Shown one piece after another: positions 49,664-60,334 of a stretch of DNA of 64,000 nucleotides (position 1 is its first letter; each line of letters starts with the position of its first letter). The stretch lies in the NCBI GenBank assembly GCA_000092065.1, contig CP000581.1. The stretch is one strand, 5' to 3'. The stretch is from Ostreococcus lucimarinus. Its lineage: Eukaryota. Below the pieces are notes generated by a model. That model worked only from the letters and a program-made list of their open reading frames with translations, did not search any database and was not told where the DNA came from. The position numbers were made by a program, and so were the translations under genes.

Positions 49664-50296
49664 TTAGTAGAAGGAGAAGCCCTTGGCCGCGTTGGTGAGG
49701 ACGTTCGAGTGGATCGGATCCGCGACGTGGGATTGCCAGTTGGCGATCGGGCCTTCTTGGGTGGCGAGCGCTTGGAAGATGCAGCCCAACCACGCGAACA
49801 TGGACAAGCGGGAGTGCTTGAGTTCCTTGATCTTGAGCTCCTCGAGGTCGCCCGCTTCGGCGAAGCCGAGCGGATCGAAGCGGCCGCCCGGGGTGACGTC
49901 GCCTTGGGTGAGCTCCGGGAACGGGTTCTCGAAGATGCCCGTGCGGTAGGATTCCGCGGAGCCAACGAGGAAGATCTCGATCGCGAGCACGGCCCAGAAG
50001 TTCGGGTAGCCAGAGCCCGCCGGCGCGAGCGGCGCGACGGCGCCCGGGAACTTGTCCGCCACCGCGGTGCAGTCATCCGGCGTGCACAACGTGCCCGCGG
50101 TGAACCACGGGATTCCCGTGCCGTTCTCCGCCGCCCACGCACCGGTCACGCCGAGCATGGCCCATCGGCCGTGAATGATCTCGCGTTCCGCATTCTTTTC
50201 ATCGCCGAACGGAATGATCGGCGACTCGCCGCCGCCCGGGTACGTGCCGAACTCCGGGTACAAGTCCGGCGGCGCGAGCGACCCGAACTGTCCCGC
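49664..50296 (-). CDS. LHC: Light-harvesting chlorophyll a/b-binding protein (LHC), exon 2
   Basis: 'EREIIHGRWAMLGVTG', 'GDVTPGGRFDPLGFA', 'ELKIKELKHSRLSMFAWLGCIFQALATQEGP'. The acceptor 'gcgaacag' upstream extends the ORF to 50296. Confidence 0.75.
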   Translation of the reverse strand, partial: AGQFGSLAPPDLYPEFGTYPGGGESPIIPFGDEKNAEREIIHGRWAMLGVTGAWAAENGTGIPWFTAGTLCTPDDCTAVADKFPGAVAPLAPAGSGYPNFWAVLAIEIFLVGSAESYRTGIFENPFPELTQGDVTPGGRFDPLGFAEAGDLEELKIKELKHSRLSMFAWLGCIFQALATQEGPIANWQSHVADPIHSNVLTNAAKGFSFY

Positions 50297-50451
50297 CTGT
50301 TCGCATCGTTCGATCGCGTTCGTCCATCGTCAGTCTTCCGCTCTCGTTCCATCGCGGCTTCGCTCGCGTCCGCGTTCGTTTCGCGCGCGTCGCGCTGTTT
50401 TCGCGAGCGTTCGGCAAAGATACGATCTCGCGACGTCGCGCGCGATCGCAC

Positions 50452-50583
50452 CTTGAAGGCGGACTTTTTCGCCGGCGCGCTCGCCTTGGTGCGGCGCGCG
50501 ACGACGGCGGTGTCGATCTTGCGCGACGTCGCGCGCTTCGGCGCCGCGGCGACGCGAACGCCGGTGAACGTGGACGTGAGCAT
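50452..50583 (-). CDS. LHC: LHC exon 1 (transit peptide)
   Basis: 'MLTSTFTGVRVAAAPKRATSRKIDTAVVARRTKASAPAKKSAFK', then donor GTGCGA. 155-bp intron with branch 'gactgac'. Phase-0 join to exon 2. Confidence 0.55.
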
Positions 50584-50763
50584 GGCGTCTGTCGGCGGGT
50601 GCTGATATGACGCGCGGCGATTCGGCGATCCGGATCGACGGATCGAGCGAGTCGGATTCGCGACGATTCGTGATTGGAGAGGGGTGACTATTGAAAATTG
50701 ACGCGGCGCGACGCGCGGCGCGCGCGGCGCGCGCGGCGCGCGCCGGCGCGCGAGATCGAGCGG

Positions 50764-52053
50764 CTAGTTGTACTGCATGTACTTCGCGGTGGAGGAGAAC
50801 TTTTGATAGCCCTTGATGACTTTGTTGATGGCGTCCAAGAAATCCTTTTCGCCGACGGTTTTCCGGCGCTGGCGAATGGCGAACATGCCGGCTTCGGTGC
50901 ACACGGAGTGGATCTCCGCCCCGGTGGCGTTGGGACACAGGCGCGCTAAAAGTTCGTAGCGAATGTCGCGCTCGACAGCCATGGAGCGGGTGTGAATCTT
51001 GAAAATTTGCGTTCGGGACTCCAAGTCGGGCAAGCCGAATTCAACCTTGCGGTCGAGACGCCCGGGACGCAACAGCGCCGGATCCAGAGTGTCGGGTCTA
51101 TTCGTGGCCATCAATACCTTGATGTTGCCTCTGGCGTCGAACCCATCGAGCTGGTTCACAATCTCAAGCATCGTACGCTGCACTTCGTTGTCTCCGCCTT
51201 GACCGTCGTCGAAGCGAGCGCCGCCGATGGCGTCGACTTCGTCGAAAAAAATCAAACACGCCTTTTTGCTCCTCGCCATCTGGAACAGCTCTCGAACTAA
51301 CCTCGCACCTTCCCCGACGTACTTTTGCACCAACTCGCTCCCGATGACGCGAATAAAACACGCATCCGTGCGATTCGCCACCGCGCGCGCCAGGAGCGTC
51401 TTACCCGTCCCCGGCGGCCCGTAACACAATACCCCTTTCGGCGGATCGATCCCAAGCTTCGCGAACTTCTCGGGGTGCAACAACGGTAACTCCACGACTT
51501 CGCGAAGCTTCTCAATCTGTTCTTTCGACCCCCCGACGTCGCCGTACGTCACGTCGGGCTTTTCCTCAACCGTCATCATCGTCACGCTCGGATCGATCTT
51601 CGGTGGCAACGGCAACTGTATGAAATACTTATTCCGGTCCACCCCCACCCGCATCCCCTCCTCAATGTCCGTCGGCGCCACCTCGTTCCCCAAACCCACG
51701 ACGAACTTTGCGATTTGTTTCACGTTTATCACGTACTGCGCGTCCTCCGTCCCCGGGTTGATGATCTTCGTGCATCTCGCCACTTGCAACGGTTGCTGCT
51801 CCTGGAACGCCTGTTTATCCGCCGTCAAATCCCACTGCGACGGCGGCGCCAGCCCGGTGTCGCTCTCCTTGATCCCGCACAAGTCGTTCACGCGCTTACT
51901 GATCGTCTTCAGGTCGTTTTCGAGATCTTTAATCGCGTCGTTATACGCCCCCAACCCGTACGTCTTCAGCAGCGCGATGTCGTCCTCGTCCAGGGGGATG
52001 ATCTTTTTATCCGCGTCGCCGAACTCGACGTCCTCCGCGCTCGGGACGCCCAT
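50764..52053 (-). CDS. RPT1: 26S proteasome regulatory subunit 7 (Rpt1/PSMC2)
   Basis: Near-collinear with PSMC2 over the whole length ('[13 protein letters not shown]', 'GPPGTGKTL', C-terminal 'KYMQYN'). Start is set at the internal ATG that matches the orthologue N-terminus. Confidence 0.9.
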   Translation of the reverse strand: MGVPSAEDVEFGDADKKIIPLDEDDIALLKTYGLGAYNDAIKDLENDLKTISKRVNDLCGIKESDTGLAPPSQWDLTADKQAFQEQQPLQVARCTKIINPGTEDAQYVINVKQIAKFVVGLGNEVAPTDIEEGMRVGVDRNKYFIQLPLPPKIDPSVTMMTVEEKPDVTYGDVGGSKEQIEKLREVVELPLLHPEKFAKLGIDPPKGVLCYGPPGTGKTLLARAVANRTDACFIRVIGSELVQKYVGEGARLVRELFQMARSKKACLIFFDEVDAIGGARFDDGQGGDNEVQRTMLEIVNQLDGFDARGNIKVLMATNRPDTLDPALLRPGRLDRKVEFGLPDLESRTQIFKIHTRSMAVERDIRYELLARLCPNATGAEIHSVCTEAGMFAIRQRRKTVGEKDFLDAINKVIKGYQKFSSTAKYMQYN

Positions 52054-52147
52054 GACGCGCGTCGTCCGCGTCGATCTCTGCCGTTCCGTTCGTTGCGCGT
52101 TTGACCGCGACCGCACACCGCCGCGCGCGCGCGATCGATCGCTCGAT

Positions 52148-53017
52148 ATGGACGAGAAAGCGGTAGATTTATTCGTCGAGCTCGCGACGCGATCGTCCAC
52201 GTTCGCCGGCGTCGTGCAGACGCGATACGCGGAGTGGAGAAACTTGTTTCGAGTGCTGAAAGATTTGAAAAACGACGAGACGTCGGCGCTCTCGAGCGTC
52301 GCGCGGGACGCGAGCAGCCCGACGGACTTCGAACAGTGGGGACGGGAGCGATCGCCGATGTTTGCGGACGAATTTGAGAAGTTTTTGAGCGATGCGCGGT
52401 GCGTGGAGGCGGTGTGCGAGGATTTGGGAGCGAGCGAGCGCGTGCGAGGACGCGCGACGGGAGAGACGTCGACGCCGGTGCGGGAAACGCCGGAAGCGGT
52501 AAAGGACGCGGAGAAATCGTTTCGAAAGATGAAGACGCCGTCGAGAGCGGTGGAGGTGGAGATGGAGGCGGAGAAGATGGAGAATTTCGTGGCGGAGAAG
52601 CCGCGCGGCGGCGGTTTGGGCGCGGCGGCGCGCGTGGAGACGAGAGAGCCGATGCGGGCGAACGTGACCCCGCCGCCGCGTGCGGCGCAAGTCGTGCAGA
52701 AGTCGCCGCCGCCAACGCCGATGCCTTCGCAGTTGTCTCCACCGCAGAGCGAATACGCGACGCCGGCGTCTGGGAGGAAACCAAAGAACGGCGCTGCTTC
52801 GGCGTCTGAAGCCGCGCACGTCGAACATTTGATGTCCTACTTGACTGGCTTTCACGGATTGCTTTTTGGTCTTAAAGATCACGTTGAGCGCATTCGAGGG
52901 GCGACGATTGAAAACGTTTCGCATGAACTCGCGCGAACGGATGCGAGATTGGACACCGCCATCGCCAGGCTCGAAGCGGCGATGGGAGTCGAGTCGGGCG
53001 AAAACAAAACACATTAA
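52148..53017 (+). CDS. Hypothetical protein
   Basis: ORF from the first ATG that does not overlap the Rpt1 gene on the other strand. No motif recognised. Confidence 0.35.
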   Translation: MDEKAVDLFVELATRSSTFAGVVQTRYAEWRNLFRVLKDLKNDETSALSSVARDASSPTDFEQWGRERSPMFADEFEKFLSDARCVEAVCEDLGASERVRGRATGETSTPVRETPEAVKDAEKSFRKMKTPSRAVEVEMEAEKMENFVAEKPRGGGLGAAARVETREPMRANVTPPPRAAQVVQKSPPPTPMPSQLSPPQSEYATPASGRKPKNGAASASEAAHVEHLMSYLTGFHGLLFGLKDHVERIRGATIENVSHELARTDARLDTAIARLEAAMGVESGENKTH

Positions 53018-53081
53018 AATCGAGTTGAAAAAGTACATAAAAGCGCTGTGAATTGCAACGTTCGTGCCTAAAACCCCTAAA

Positions 53082-54662
53082 TTATTTGCGCGAACGCCGC
53101 GCGCGCGTCGCCGTAGGCTGTTCTGCGGACAGCGCCGCTGCCTCCTTCGTCGCGCCGCGCTGACCACCAGTCTTCGGAGACGATTCATCGGTCGCTTGCG
53201 CGTCTTCGACAGCAGGTGGCGTCGCTTCCTCCGCCGTATCCGCATCAAGAACCACGCGCGCATCGATGCTCGAGCGCGCGAGATCCGCCTCGGCGGCTTG
53301 CGCCTGAAGCACCTCGATGAGTCTCTTGTACATGGCTGGGTCTTGGTCTCGGTGCTTGATCGCGGCCTCGACCCGTCGCGGATCCGCTCTGTCTTCGATC
53401 AAGTACTTTCGCTTCACTTGACGACGAGTGCGTCCGGGGAACAGACGCGCGATGAGGGAGAAATCGGTACCGAACTGCGTCATCGCGCGATAAAACAACT
53501 CGGTGTCGTCCTTGCTCCACTTCTCCGCCTTTGCCCTGTTGGAATACGTGGCTGAGTTCAAGCGCGTGCCGCTCTCTTCGACGCGTTTGAAGTCCGACAT
53601 CCCGACATCTTTCTCCGCCGCCGCGTTTACCGTGAGTGACTGAGGATTGATGACGATGTTCCCGTCGATGACTTGCACCTGCGGCGCCATTACGGCGAGT
53701 TTGGGCGCCATCGACGCGCGTCCCGGCAGCTCCAAGGGCCCCACCGGCTCGGACGCCGTCTTCTTTTTACCAAAGTCCGGCATCGGTTTGGAACTTGATT
53801 TCGCCTTTTTCAAAATCCGACTCTTGGCCTCGTTCGCGCGCTCTTCCGCAGACTTTTGACGGATGATGTCTCGAATCGTCATCGCCGGGTCGTCGGCGTA
53901 CGACGTCGACGCTTCGAGCGCGTCTCGTCTGCTTCCTTCGCCCACGCGTCCGCCTCGAGTCGATCCGGCAGATCTCACCCACCTGTGCGCCGGAATCACC
54001 ATCGGCGGCGGCACCGCCACGAGCGGCAGCGCCCCCGGCGACGAAATCGGTTCAGCCAGCGCCCCCGGCGGCAACGCCAACGGTCCCGTCGGCGTCGGCG
54101 TCGGCGAGGGCGAGGGCTTGGCCTCCATCCTCGCCACCGCGGGCACCATTTGCTTCGACGCCCGACTCGGTGCGGGCGATCTAAACCCCAACGGCGGCGC
54201 CACGCGCGCCGGACTCGCGGCGTGCGGCGTCGTCGCGTTCGCGCTCGCCGGCTTCTTCCCCGCCGGCGTCCCGCTCTCCCGCGCCGTCCTCAACCTGCTC
54301 GGCGCTTTCCCTCCCCCAGCCGCCACCCCCGACAGCCTCGACTTCTTCGTCGCCTCCCCTCCGTTCTCCCCCGCGCTCTTTCCGAGCCTCGACCCCGTCC
54401 TCGTCCCTCCCTCGCCGTCCTCGCTCGCGCGCTTCGCCGTCCCCCTCGCGTCGCGCGCGTCCCCCTCCCCCTCGCCCGCGCCGCGCTCGCCCTCCTCTCG
54501 CCCCAGCCTCGTCCTCGACGCCGATCGTTTCACGTTCGGCGCGAACGCGCTCGCGCGTCGCGCCTGCGTCGCCGTCGGTCGCGCGTCGCGCGCGTCGTCC
54601 CGCGCCGGCGATTCCTCGCCATCGTTTCGTCGCGTCGTCGTCGTCGTCGCGTCCGTCGTCAT
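53082..54662 (-). CDS. BDP1: TFIIIB B'' subunit (Bdp1) homolog
   Basis: Bdp1-type SANT domain 'WSKDDTELFYRAMTQFGTDFSLIARLFPGRTRRQVKRKY'. Long low-complexity N-terminal region. Confidence 0.55.
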   Translation of the reverse strand: MTTDATTTTTRRNDGEESPARDDARDARPTATQARRASAFAPNVKRSASRTRLGREEGERGAGEGEGDARDARGTAKRASEDGEGGTRTGSRLGKSAGENGGEATKKSRLSGVAAGGGKAPSRLRTARESGTPAGKKPASANATTPHAASPARVAPPLGFRSPAPSRASKQMVPAVARMEAKPSPSPTPTPTGPLALPPGALAEPISSPGALPLVAVPPPMVIPAHRWVRSAGSTRGGRVGEGSRRDALEASTSYADDPAMTIRDIIRQKSAEERANEAKSRILKKAKSSSKPMPDFGKKKTASEPVGPLELPGRASMAPKLAVMAPQVQVIDGNIVINPQSLTVNAAAEKDVGMSDFKRVEESGTRLNSATYSNRAKAEKWSKDDTELFYRAMTQFGTDFSLIARLFPGRTRRQVKRKYLIEDRADPRRVEAAIKHRDQDPAMYKRLIEVLQAQAAEADLARSSIDARVVLDADTAEEATPPAVEDAQATDESSPKTGGQRGATKEAAALSAEQPTATRARRSRK

Positions 54663-54724
54663 CGTCGCGCGTCGTTCGCGCGTTCGTTCGCGTCGTCTCT
54701 CGCGATCCGAGATCGCCGCGGTGT

Positions 54725-54756
<32 letters not shown>

Positions 54757-54915
54757 CGCGATTCGAATCCCGTCGCGTCCCGCCCGTGAGACTGCGTCGA
54801 TCGAGCGTTCGTGACTCGTAAAGTTGGGACTCGTAGACTCGTGGACTCAACACGGACCGCACCACCATCGCGCGCGCGGCGGCGGCGGCGGCGCCATCTC
54901 GGCGCGCGGCGCGCG

Positions 54916-56769
54916 ATGCGCGACGACGACGACGACGACGCGGGACGACGCGGCGCGGATAAAGACGCCCTCGCGCCGTGGCGCGCGCTCGGCGTGCGGG
55001 ACGCCGTCGCGCGCGCGATGGTGGCGCGAAGATTGGACGCGCCGACGGCGACGCAGCGCGCGGTCGTCCCGGTGGCGCTGCGAGGGCGCGACGTGTGCGC
55101 GCGCGCGCCGACGGGGAGCGGGAAGACGATGGCGTACTTGGTGCCGATGCTGGATAAGATGTGCGCGCGCGCGAGCGCGACGGCGAGCGGGCCGAGGGGG
55201 ATCGTGCTGACGCCGACGCGGGAGCTGGCGCATCAGACGCGACGCGCGTGCGCGGCGGCGATGCGGACGTGCGCGCCGGGAATGCGCGCGGGAGAGCTGC
55301 CGGTGGCGAGCGCGGGGACGAATGTGCTGAGAGAAACCGCGGGATCGCCGCCGGACGTGCTGGTGGCGACGCCGACGAGGGTGGCGGAGTGCGCGCGAGG
55401 CGGGTACTTTCCGCCGGGCGCGCTCGGCGACGGGTTGGAGATGGTGGTGCTGGACGAGGCGGATTTGTTGCTGTCGTTCGGGTACGTGGACGACATTAAG
55501 TGCGTGATGAAAGCGGTGAAGCGCGGGACGCAGGTGATGATGCTGAGCGCGACGATGAGTAAGGAGATTGAAGAGTTGCGAGACGTCATCGCGCACAAGC
55601 CGACGACGATCGACGTCGACGACGAAGAGGACGTCGACGCCGAGAAGGGCGAGGCGAAAGCGGGCGAGGGCGCAAAACCGGGGCCGGATATCAAGCACTA
55701 CTCCCTGCACATTCCCAAGGCGCACGATCGTCTGCTGTACGTCATGGCGTTGCTTCGATTGGGTTTGTGCAAGAAGAAGGCGCTCGTCTTCGTGTCGAGC
55801 GCAGACGCCGCCGTTAGATTGCGACTCTTCTTGCACAAGTTCGGTGTTCCCACGTGCGCACTTCACGGTGAGCTTCCCGCGAACTCGAGAACGCACATAT
55901 TGCAGGAGTTTAATCGCGGGGTGTACGATTTCATGGTCGCCGCCGCCGACGACGCGAACATGGCCGAGCCGACGGAGGAGGCGGACGCAGTAGAAGAACA
56001 GGAAGACAAGGCGCCCACGCGCGAGAGCAAGAAGAAGAAACGGGACAGGCGCGATAAGGAGTTCGGCGTCGTGCGCGGTATCGACTTCCAAGCCGTGAAC
56101 ACGGTGATAAACTTTGAAGTGCCGACGACGGCGGCGGCGTACGTGCACAGAGTAGGACGTACCGGACGCGCTGGGAACTCTGGAACAGCTATCACGCTCG
56201 TGGCGCCGTCGGAAGAGCAGTCTTTTGCGGCGATTCAAAGCAAGCTCGCGAGCGCGGTCGGTGATGCGGTCGCGGCGACACAAGTCATGCAGCCTTTCGA
56301 TCGTCTTCCCAAGGAAGCCGTCGACGCGCTGCGATACCGCGCAGAGGACGCCGCGCGCGCCGTTGGCAAGACTGCGGTGAAAGAAGCGCGGGTTCGAGAG
56401 TTGAGGCAAGAACTATTGAACTCGGAGCGCTTGGCGGCGCACTTTGAGGATAACGCGGAAGATTTAGCTTTGCTGAAGCACGACACGAGTTTAGCGAAAC
56501 ACCCAGACGCGAAGCACTTGAGCCATTTACCCGGGTACTTGCGTGGCGGTAAATCGAGGCGTGGTGCGGCCAGAGTCGTCGAACCGGACTCCGAGCACGC
56601 GAGGAATGCTTTGAATTATCACTTGGACGTGGAAGTTGCCGAGTTCGGTTCGAAGAAGAAGCGTAAGCGCAACGATAAACGCGAAACCGGTCCGGATTTG
56701 CGCGTGAACAATAAATTCAAGAAGGGCAACTTCAAAAAGAAGTCTGGCGGGCGAAAGCGCTCGCGCTGA
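54916..56769 (+). CDS. DBP9: DEAD-box RNA helicase DDX56/Dbp9
   Basis: Motifs Q, I 'APTGSGKT', II 'DEAD', III 'SAT', VI 'HRVGRTGRAG'. 'LLLSFGY' and domain spacing fit the DDX56 type. Lys-rich C-terminus. Confidence 0.75.
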   Translation: MRDDDDDDAGRRGADKDALAPWRALGVRDAVARAMVARRLDAPTATQRAVVPVALRGRDVCARAPTGSGKTMAYLVPMLDKMCARASATASGPRGIVLTPTRELAHQTRRACAAAMRTCAPGMRAGELPVASAGTNVLRETAGSPPDVLVATPTRVAECARGGYFPPGALGDGLEMVVLDEADLLLSFGYVDDIKCVMKAVKRGTQVMMLSATMSKEIEELRDVIAHKPTTIDVDDEEDVDAEKGEAKAGEGAKPGPDIKHYSLHIPKAHDRLLYVMALLRLGLCKKKALVFVSSADAAVRLRLFLHKFGVPTCALHGELPANSRTHILQEFNRGVYDFMVAAADDANMAEPTEEADAVEEQEDKAPTRESKKKKRDRRDKEFGVVRGIDFQAVNTVINFEVPTTAAAYVHRVGRTGRAGNSGTAITLVAPSEEQSFAAIQSKLASAVGDAVAATQVMQPFDRLPKEAVDALRYRAEDAARAVGKTAVKEARVRELRQELLNSERLAAHFEDNAEDLALLKHDTSLAKHPDAKHLSHLPGYLRGGKSRRGAARVVEPDSEHARNALNYHLDVEVAEFGSKKKRKRNDKRETGPDLRVNNKFKKGNFKKKSGGRKRSR

Positions 56770-56824
56770 TTGCGCAGTAGCGCTGATTGCGCAGTAGAAT
56801 TTAAATAGCTAACTACATCTAGTG

Positions 56825-57760
56825 CTACAACTCGTCATGCGCCGCCGCGCATTCGACGTCGTCGGTAATTTTATCGCACACGCGTCGAGCTTGCGCATCC
56901 GTCATCGGCCTCACGTCGTCGATCGCCGCGAGCGCGCTCGTCAACCAATCGTTCGCTTGCGCGTCTTCTCTCAACAGCGTGCATATGTTCGACAAGACAC
57001 GTATTGCGAATGCGTCTACATTGTCTTCGGGTTTCAATCTCGCCTCTCCCGGATTTGTAATTTCCGAATCGCGCGTATCGGCGCGAACGTCGACCAATCT
57101 ATGACTCGTTTTTTCGCGCCTTAGCGCCGTCACGTTCAAAAAGCGCGCGCACGTCGTCTCACGCCACACCAACCGCACGATATCCTCCCTTAAACTCTCG
57201 TCCAACGCCTTCCAGGATGACTGCGGCGTCGTCCTAGCCGACGTCATCGCATCCGCGTGCACGCCGCGAACCGTCAACTTACACCCATCGCACACCGCGC
57301 TCGCCGGCGCGCTCTCTAACGACGTCCAAACCTCAAACGTCGAATTCTCTCCTTCGCTCGCGTCGTCATCGCCTACTTCGACGTACGCCGACTCGCTCGC
57401 CGTCTGCGTCAACCGTCTCGAGCGTCGTCTCGCCGTCCCGCCCTCGCCCTCGCCCTCGCCCTCGCTCTCGCGATCCATCTCGAGCCGTCGCGCGCGCAGC
57501 GCCTCCGCGCGCGCGGCGTCCGCCGCCGCGTTCGCTCGCTCTCGCATCAGCGTCCGCGCGCGTTCGTCGTTCGTCGTCGCGCCGTGTCCCGCGCGCGCGC
57601 CCCAACCGTCGTGCTTCGGCGCGAGCCGCGCCGCGCGCCCGCGCCGCGCGCCCATCGCGCTCGACGGACGCACGCGCACGCCCGCGACGCCCGCGACGCG
57701 CATCGCGAGCGCGAGCGCGGCGAGCGCGAGAAGGCGCGCGCGACGTCGCGGCATCGTCAC
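56825..57760 (-). CDS. Hypothetical ER-lumenal protein (signal peptide + C-terminal HDEL)
   Basis: N-terminal 'LLALAALALAMRVAGVAGV'. Ends '...AAAHDEL*'. Confidence 0.4.
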   Translation of the reverse strand: MTMPRRRARLLALAALALAMRVAGVAGVRVRPSSAMGARRGRAARLAPKHDGWGARAGHGATTNDERARTLMRERANAAADAARAEALRARRLEMDRESEGEGEGEGGTARRRSRRLTQTASESAYVEVGDDDASEGENSTFEVWTSLESAPASAVCDGCKLTVRGVHADAMTSARTTPQSSWKALDESLREDIVRLVWRETTCARFLNVTALRREKTSHRLVDVRADTRDSEITNPGEARLKPEDNVDAFAIRVLSNICTLLREDAQANDWLTSALAAIDDVRPMTDAQARRVCDKITDDVECAAAHDEL

Positions 57761-57780
57761 TAATTCGCGCGCGTCGACGA

Positions 57781-59244
57781 ATGTCGTCGTCGCTCGCGGT
57801 CGCGCGCGCGCCGTGCGCGCGCGTCGACGCGCGTCGACGCGAACCGCGCGCGCGCGCGTCGAGGCCGCGCGCGGCGGCGCGCGCGGCGCGCGGCGAGGCG
57901 GAAGACTCGCGAACGTCGTCGACGCGTCGAGCGAATGCGGACGACGCGTCGACGACGACGCGCGCGACGCGCGCGCGCGCGGTGGCGCTCGCGGTCGCGG
58001 CCGCGATCGTCGGCGTCGGCGCGCACGCGCCGGCGCGCGCGCACGCGCGTAAGCACCATCCCGCGAGCGCGAGCGCGTCGTTCGAGCGATTCGTCGTCGG
58101 CGAGCGCGGCGGACGCGGCGGACGACGACCGGCGAAGCGGAATTCGTTCGTGCGGGATGCGGCGGACACCATCGGACCCGCGGTCGTGCGCATAGACAGC
58201 GATCAAGCGTCGCTGAGGAAGGCGATGACGGTGAGTGGATCGGTGAGCGAAGGACGGGTGGGCGGGAAGCCGACGAGCGGGCGAAGCGGCGTGATTCGCG
58301 GCACCGGCTGCGGATTGGTGATCGATGCCGAGGAAGGGTACGTGGTGACGAACAGTCACGTGGTGAAGCGGGAGGAAAAGGTTAAGGTGACGTTCATCGA
58401 TGGGAACGTGTACGACGGGGAAGTGAAAGGGGTGGATTCGTTGACGGATATCGCGCTGATTAAGCTCAAGCCGCGAGCGGGGCACGCGCTGCCGGTGGCG
58501 ACTTTAGGGAATAGCGACAGCGTCGAGGTTGGGGATTACGCCATCGCGCTCGGGAACCCTTTGGGTTTGGATAACAGCGTGACTTTGGGGATCATCAGTA
58601 ACGTGCACAGGACTTCGGCGGAGCTCGGGATTACGGACAGGCGGGTCGATTTCGTGCAGACGGATTGCGCCATCAATCCGGGGAATTCCGGCGGGCCACT
58701 GGTGAATGAATTCAGTGAGGTCGTCGCGTTGAACACTGCCATCCGCGCCGACGCGGAAGGCATCGGATTCGCGATCCCGATCAACACCGTGAAGCGCGTT
58801 GCGAGTCTACTCGCCAACGGCGAAAAGGTGCCGCATCCGTTCATTGGTATACGCATGGTAGATAACTTCACAGCGAACTCAGCGTTTGGTGACCGCGCGC
58901 TGGAACTTCCGGTGGGAACTGTGATAGTAGACGTGATCGAAAAGTCACCCGCTGCTCTCGCGGGACTGGCTGTCGGCGATGTCATCACCGCCGTCAACGG
59001 CGTCGTGATGAACGGCGCGCAAATTCTCGATCGCGTAAAAGTCACTCCCCCGGGTGACTCGTACGAGTTTACCGTCTTCCGACCATCCGCACAAGACTCG
59101 CACATGCACAGACGCGTCATCATCCGCGTTGGTGACTTAGCCGAGCACAACAATCGCTCCAAGAGCGTCAACGCTGAGGAACGCAACGTCAGCCCGCCCG
59201 GCGTCGGCGTGCGACCGCCGATTCCTCGAACCTTCGGCGCGTGA
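57781..59244 (+). CDS. DEG: Deg/HtrA serine protease with PDZ domain
   Basis: Catalytic triad contexts 'VTNSHVV', 'DIALIKL', 'GNSGGPLV'. C-terminal PDZ. Organellar presequence. Confidence 0.75.
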   Translation: MSSSLAVARAPCARVDARRREPRARASRPRAAARAARGEAEDSRTSSTRRANADDASTTTRATRARAVALAVAAAIVGVGAHAPARAHARKHHPASASASFERFVVGERGGRGGRRPAKRNSFVRDAADTIGPAVVRIDSDQASLRKAMTVSGSVSEGRVGGKPTSGRSGVIRGTGCGLVIDAEEGYVVTNSHVVKREEKVKVTFIDGNVYDGEVKGVDSLTDIALIKLKPRAGHALPVATLGNSDSVEVGDYAIALGNPLGLDNSVTLGIISNVHRTSAELGITDRRVDFVQTDCAINPGNSGGPLVNEFSEVVALNTAIRADAEGIGFAIPINTVKRVASLLANGEKVPHPFIGIRMVDNFTANSAFGDRALELPVGTVIVDVIEKSPAALAGLAVGDVITAVNGVVMNGAQILDRVKVTPPGDSYEFTVFRPSAQDSHMHRRVIIRVGDLAEHNNRSKSVNAEERNVSPPGVGVRPPIPRTFGA

Positions 59245-59414
59245 TTCCCTCATCGCCAGTATTGCTGCGTTTGTTTGTATTTGTGTTGTAATCCACGTGT
59301 CGCCTTCGACGCCGCTTGCTCCCAGCGTCCCGTCTCCTCGCGCCGTCTCTCTCTGGCTCGCCGCGGTCAACGACACCGCAGACTTCGTCGCGCGTGCCGT
59401 CTCCTCTCGACGCC

Positions 59415-59468
59415 ATGCCGTACGACAGCGCCATCACGGTCTTCTCCCCCGACGGGCACTTGTTCCAG
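59415..59468 (+). CDS. PAA7: Proteasome subunit alpha type-7, exon 1
   Basis: 'MPYDSAITVFSPDGHLFQ', then donor GTGCGC. 89-bp intron, acceptor 'tttcag'. Joins in frame to 59558. Confidence 0.7.
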
Positions 59469-59557
59469 GTGCGCCGTTCGCCCTCTCCTCGCGCGTAACG
59501 GCGCGAAACCGCGCGCGAATCGACGACTAATAACGACATGGATCTCGAACGTTTCAG

Positions 59558-60280
59558 GTTGAATACGCCATGGAAGCCGTGCGAAAGGGCACGCTGACCG
59601 TCGGCGTGCGCGGGAGCGATATCGTCGTCCTTGGCGTCGAACGCAAGGCGGTGCCGAAACTGCAAGACGCGCGAACGATTCGAAAGATTCAATTGCTGGA
59701 CGATCACATCGCGGTGGCGTTCGCGGGGCTCACGGCGGACGCGCGGATATTGATCAATCGGGCGCGGACGGAGTGCCAGAGTCACCGTTTAACGCTAGAA
59801 GATGAAGCGTCGGTGGAATACATCACGCGATACATAGGCGGGGTGCAGCAGAAGTACACGCAGAGCGGAGGGGTGCGCCCGTTTGGGCTGAGCACGCTCA
59901 TCGCCGGGTTCTCGCCCGAGGGGAAGCCGCAGTTGTTTCACACCGATCCAAGCGGCACGTACAGTCAGTGGAAGGCAAACGCGACTGGACGTAACTCAAA
60001 GTCGGTTCGAGAGTGGTTAGAGAAACATTATGAAGATTTTAGTGGGGAAGAAGCGATCAAGTTTACGCTCAAGGCGCTCCTGGAAGTCGTCGAGCCCGGG
60101 TCGAAGAACATAGAAATCGGCGTGATTCGCTCGCCGACCAGTGGGTTAGAGATGCTCTCCGCGGAGACAATCGATGCGCTCGTGAAGAACATCGAAGACG
60201 AAAAAGCAGAGCTCGACAAGGCGAAGAAGGAGAAGGCCAGGGCTGCTGCGGAAGCCGCCGCCGCCGCCGCGACTCTATAA
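59558..60280 (+). CDS. PAA7: Proteasome subunit alpha type-7, exon 2
   Basis: '[19 protein letters not shown]...' collinear with PSMA7. Confidence 0.8.
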   Translation, partial: VEYAMEAVRKGTLTVGVRGSDIVVLGVERKAVPKLQDARTIRKIQLLDDHIAVAFAGLTADARILINRARTECQSHRLTLEDEASVEYITRYIGGVQQKYTQSGGVRPFGLSTLIAGFSPEGKPQLFHTDPSGTYSQWKANATGRNSKSVREWLEKHYEDFSGEEAIKFTLKALLEVVEPGSKNIEIGVIRSPTSGLEMLSAETIDALVKNIEDEKAELDKAKKEKARAAAEAAAAAATL

Positions 60281-60334
60281 ATTTTCGCAAGTTGTTATCC
60301 CACGCACCAGTAGTCGACTAAGCCCGACCCCGCG

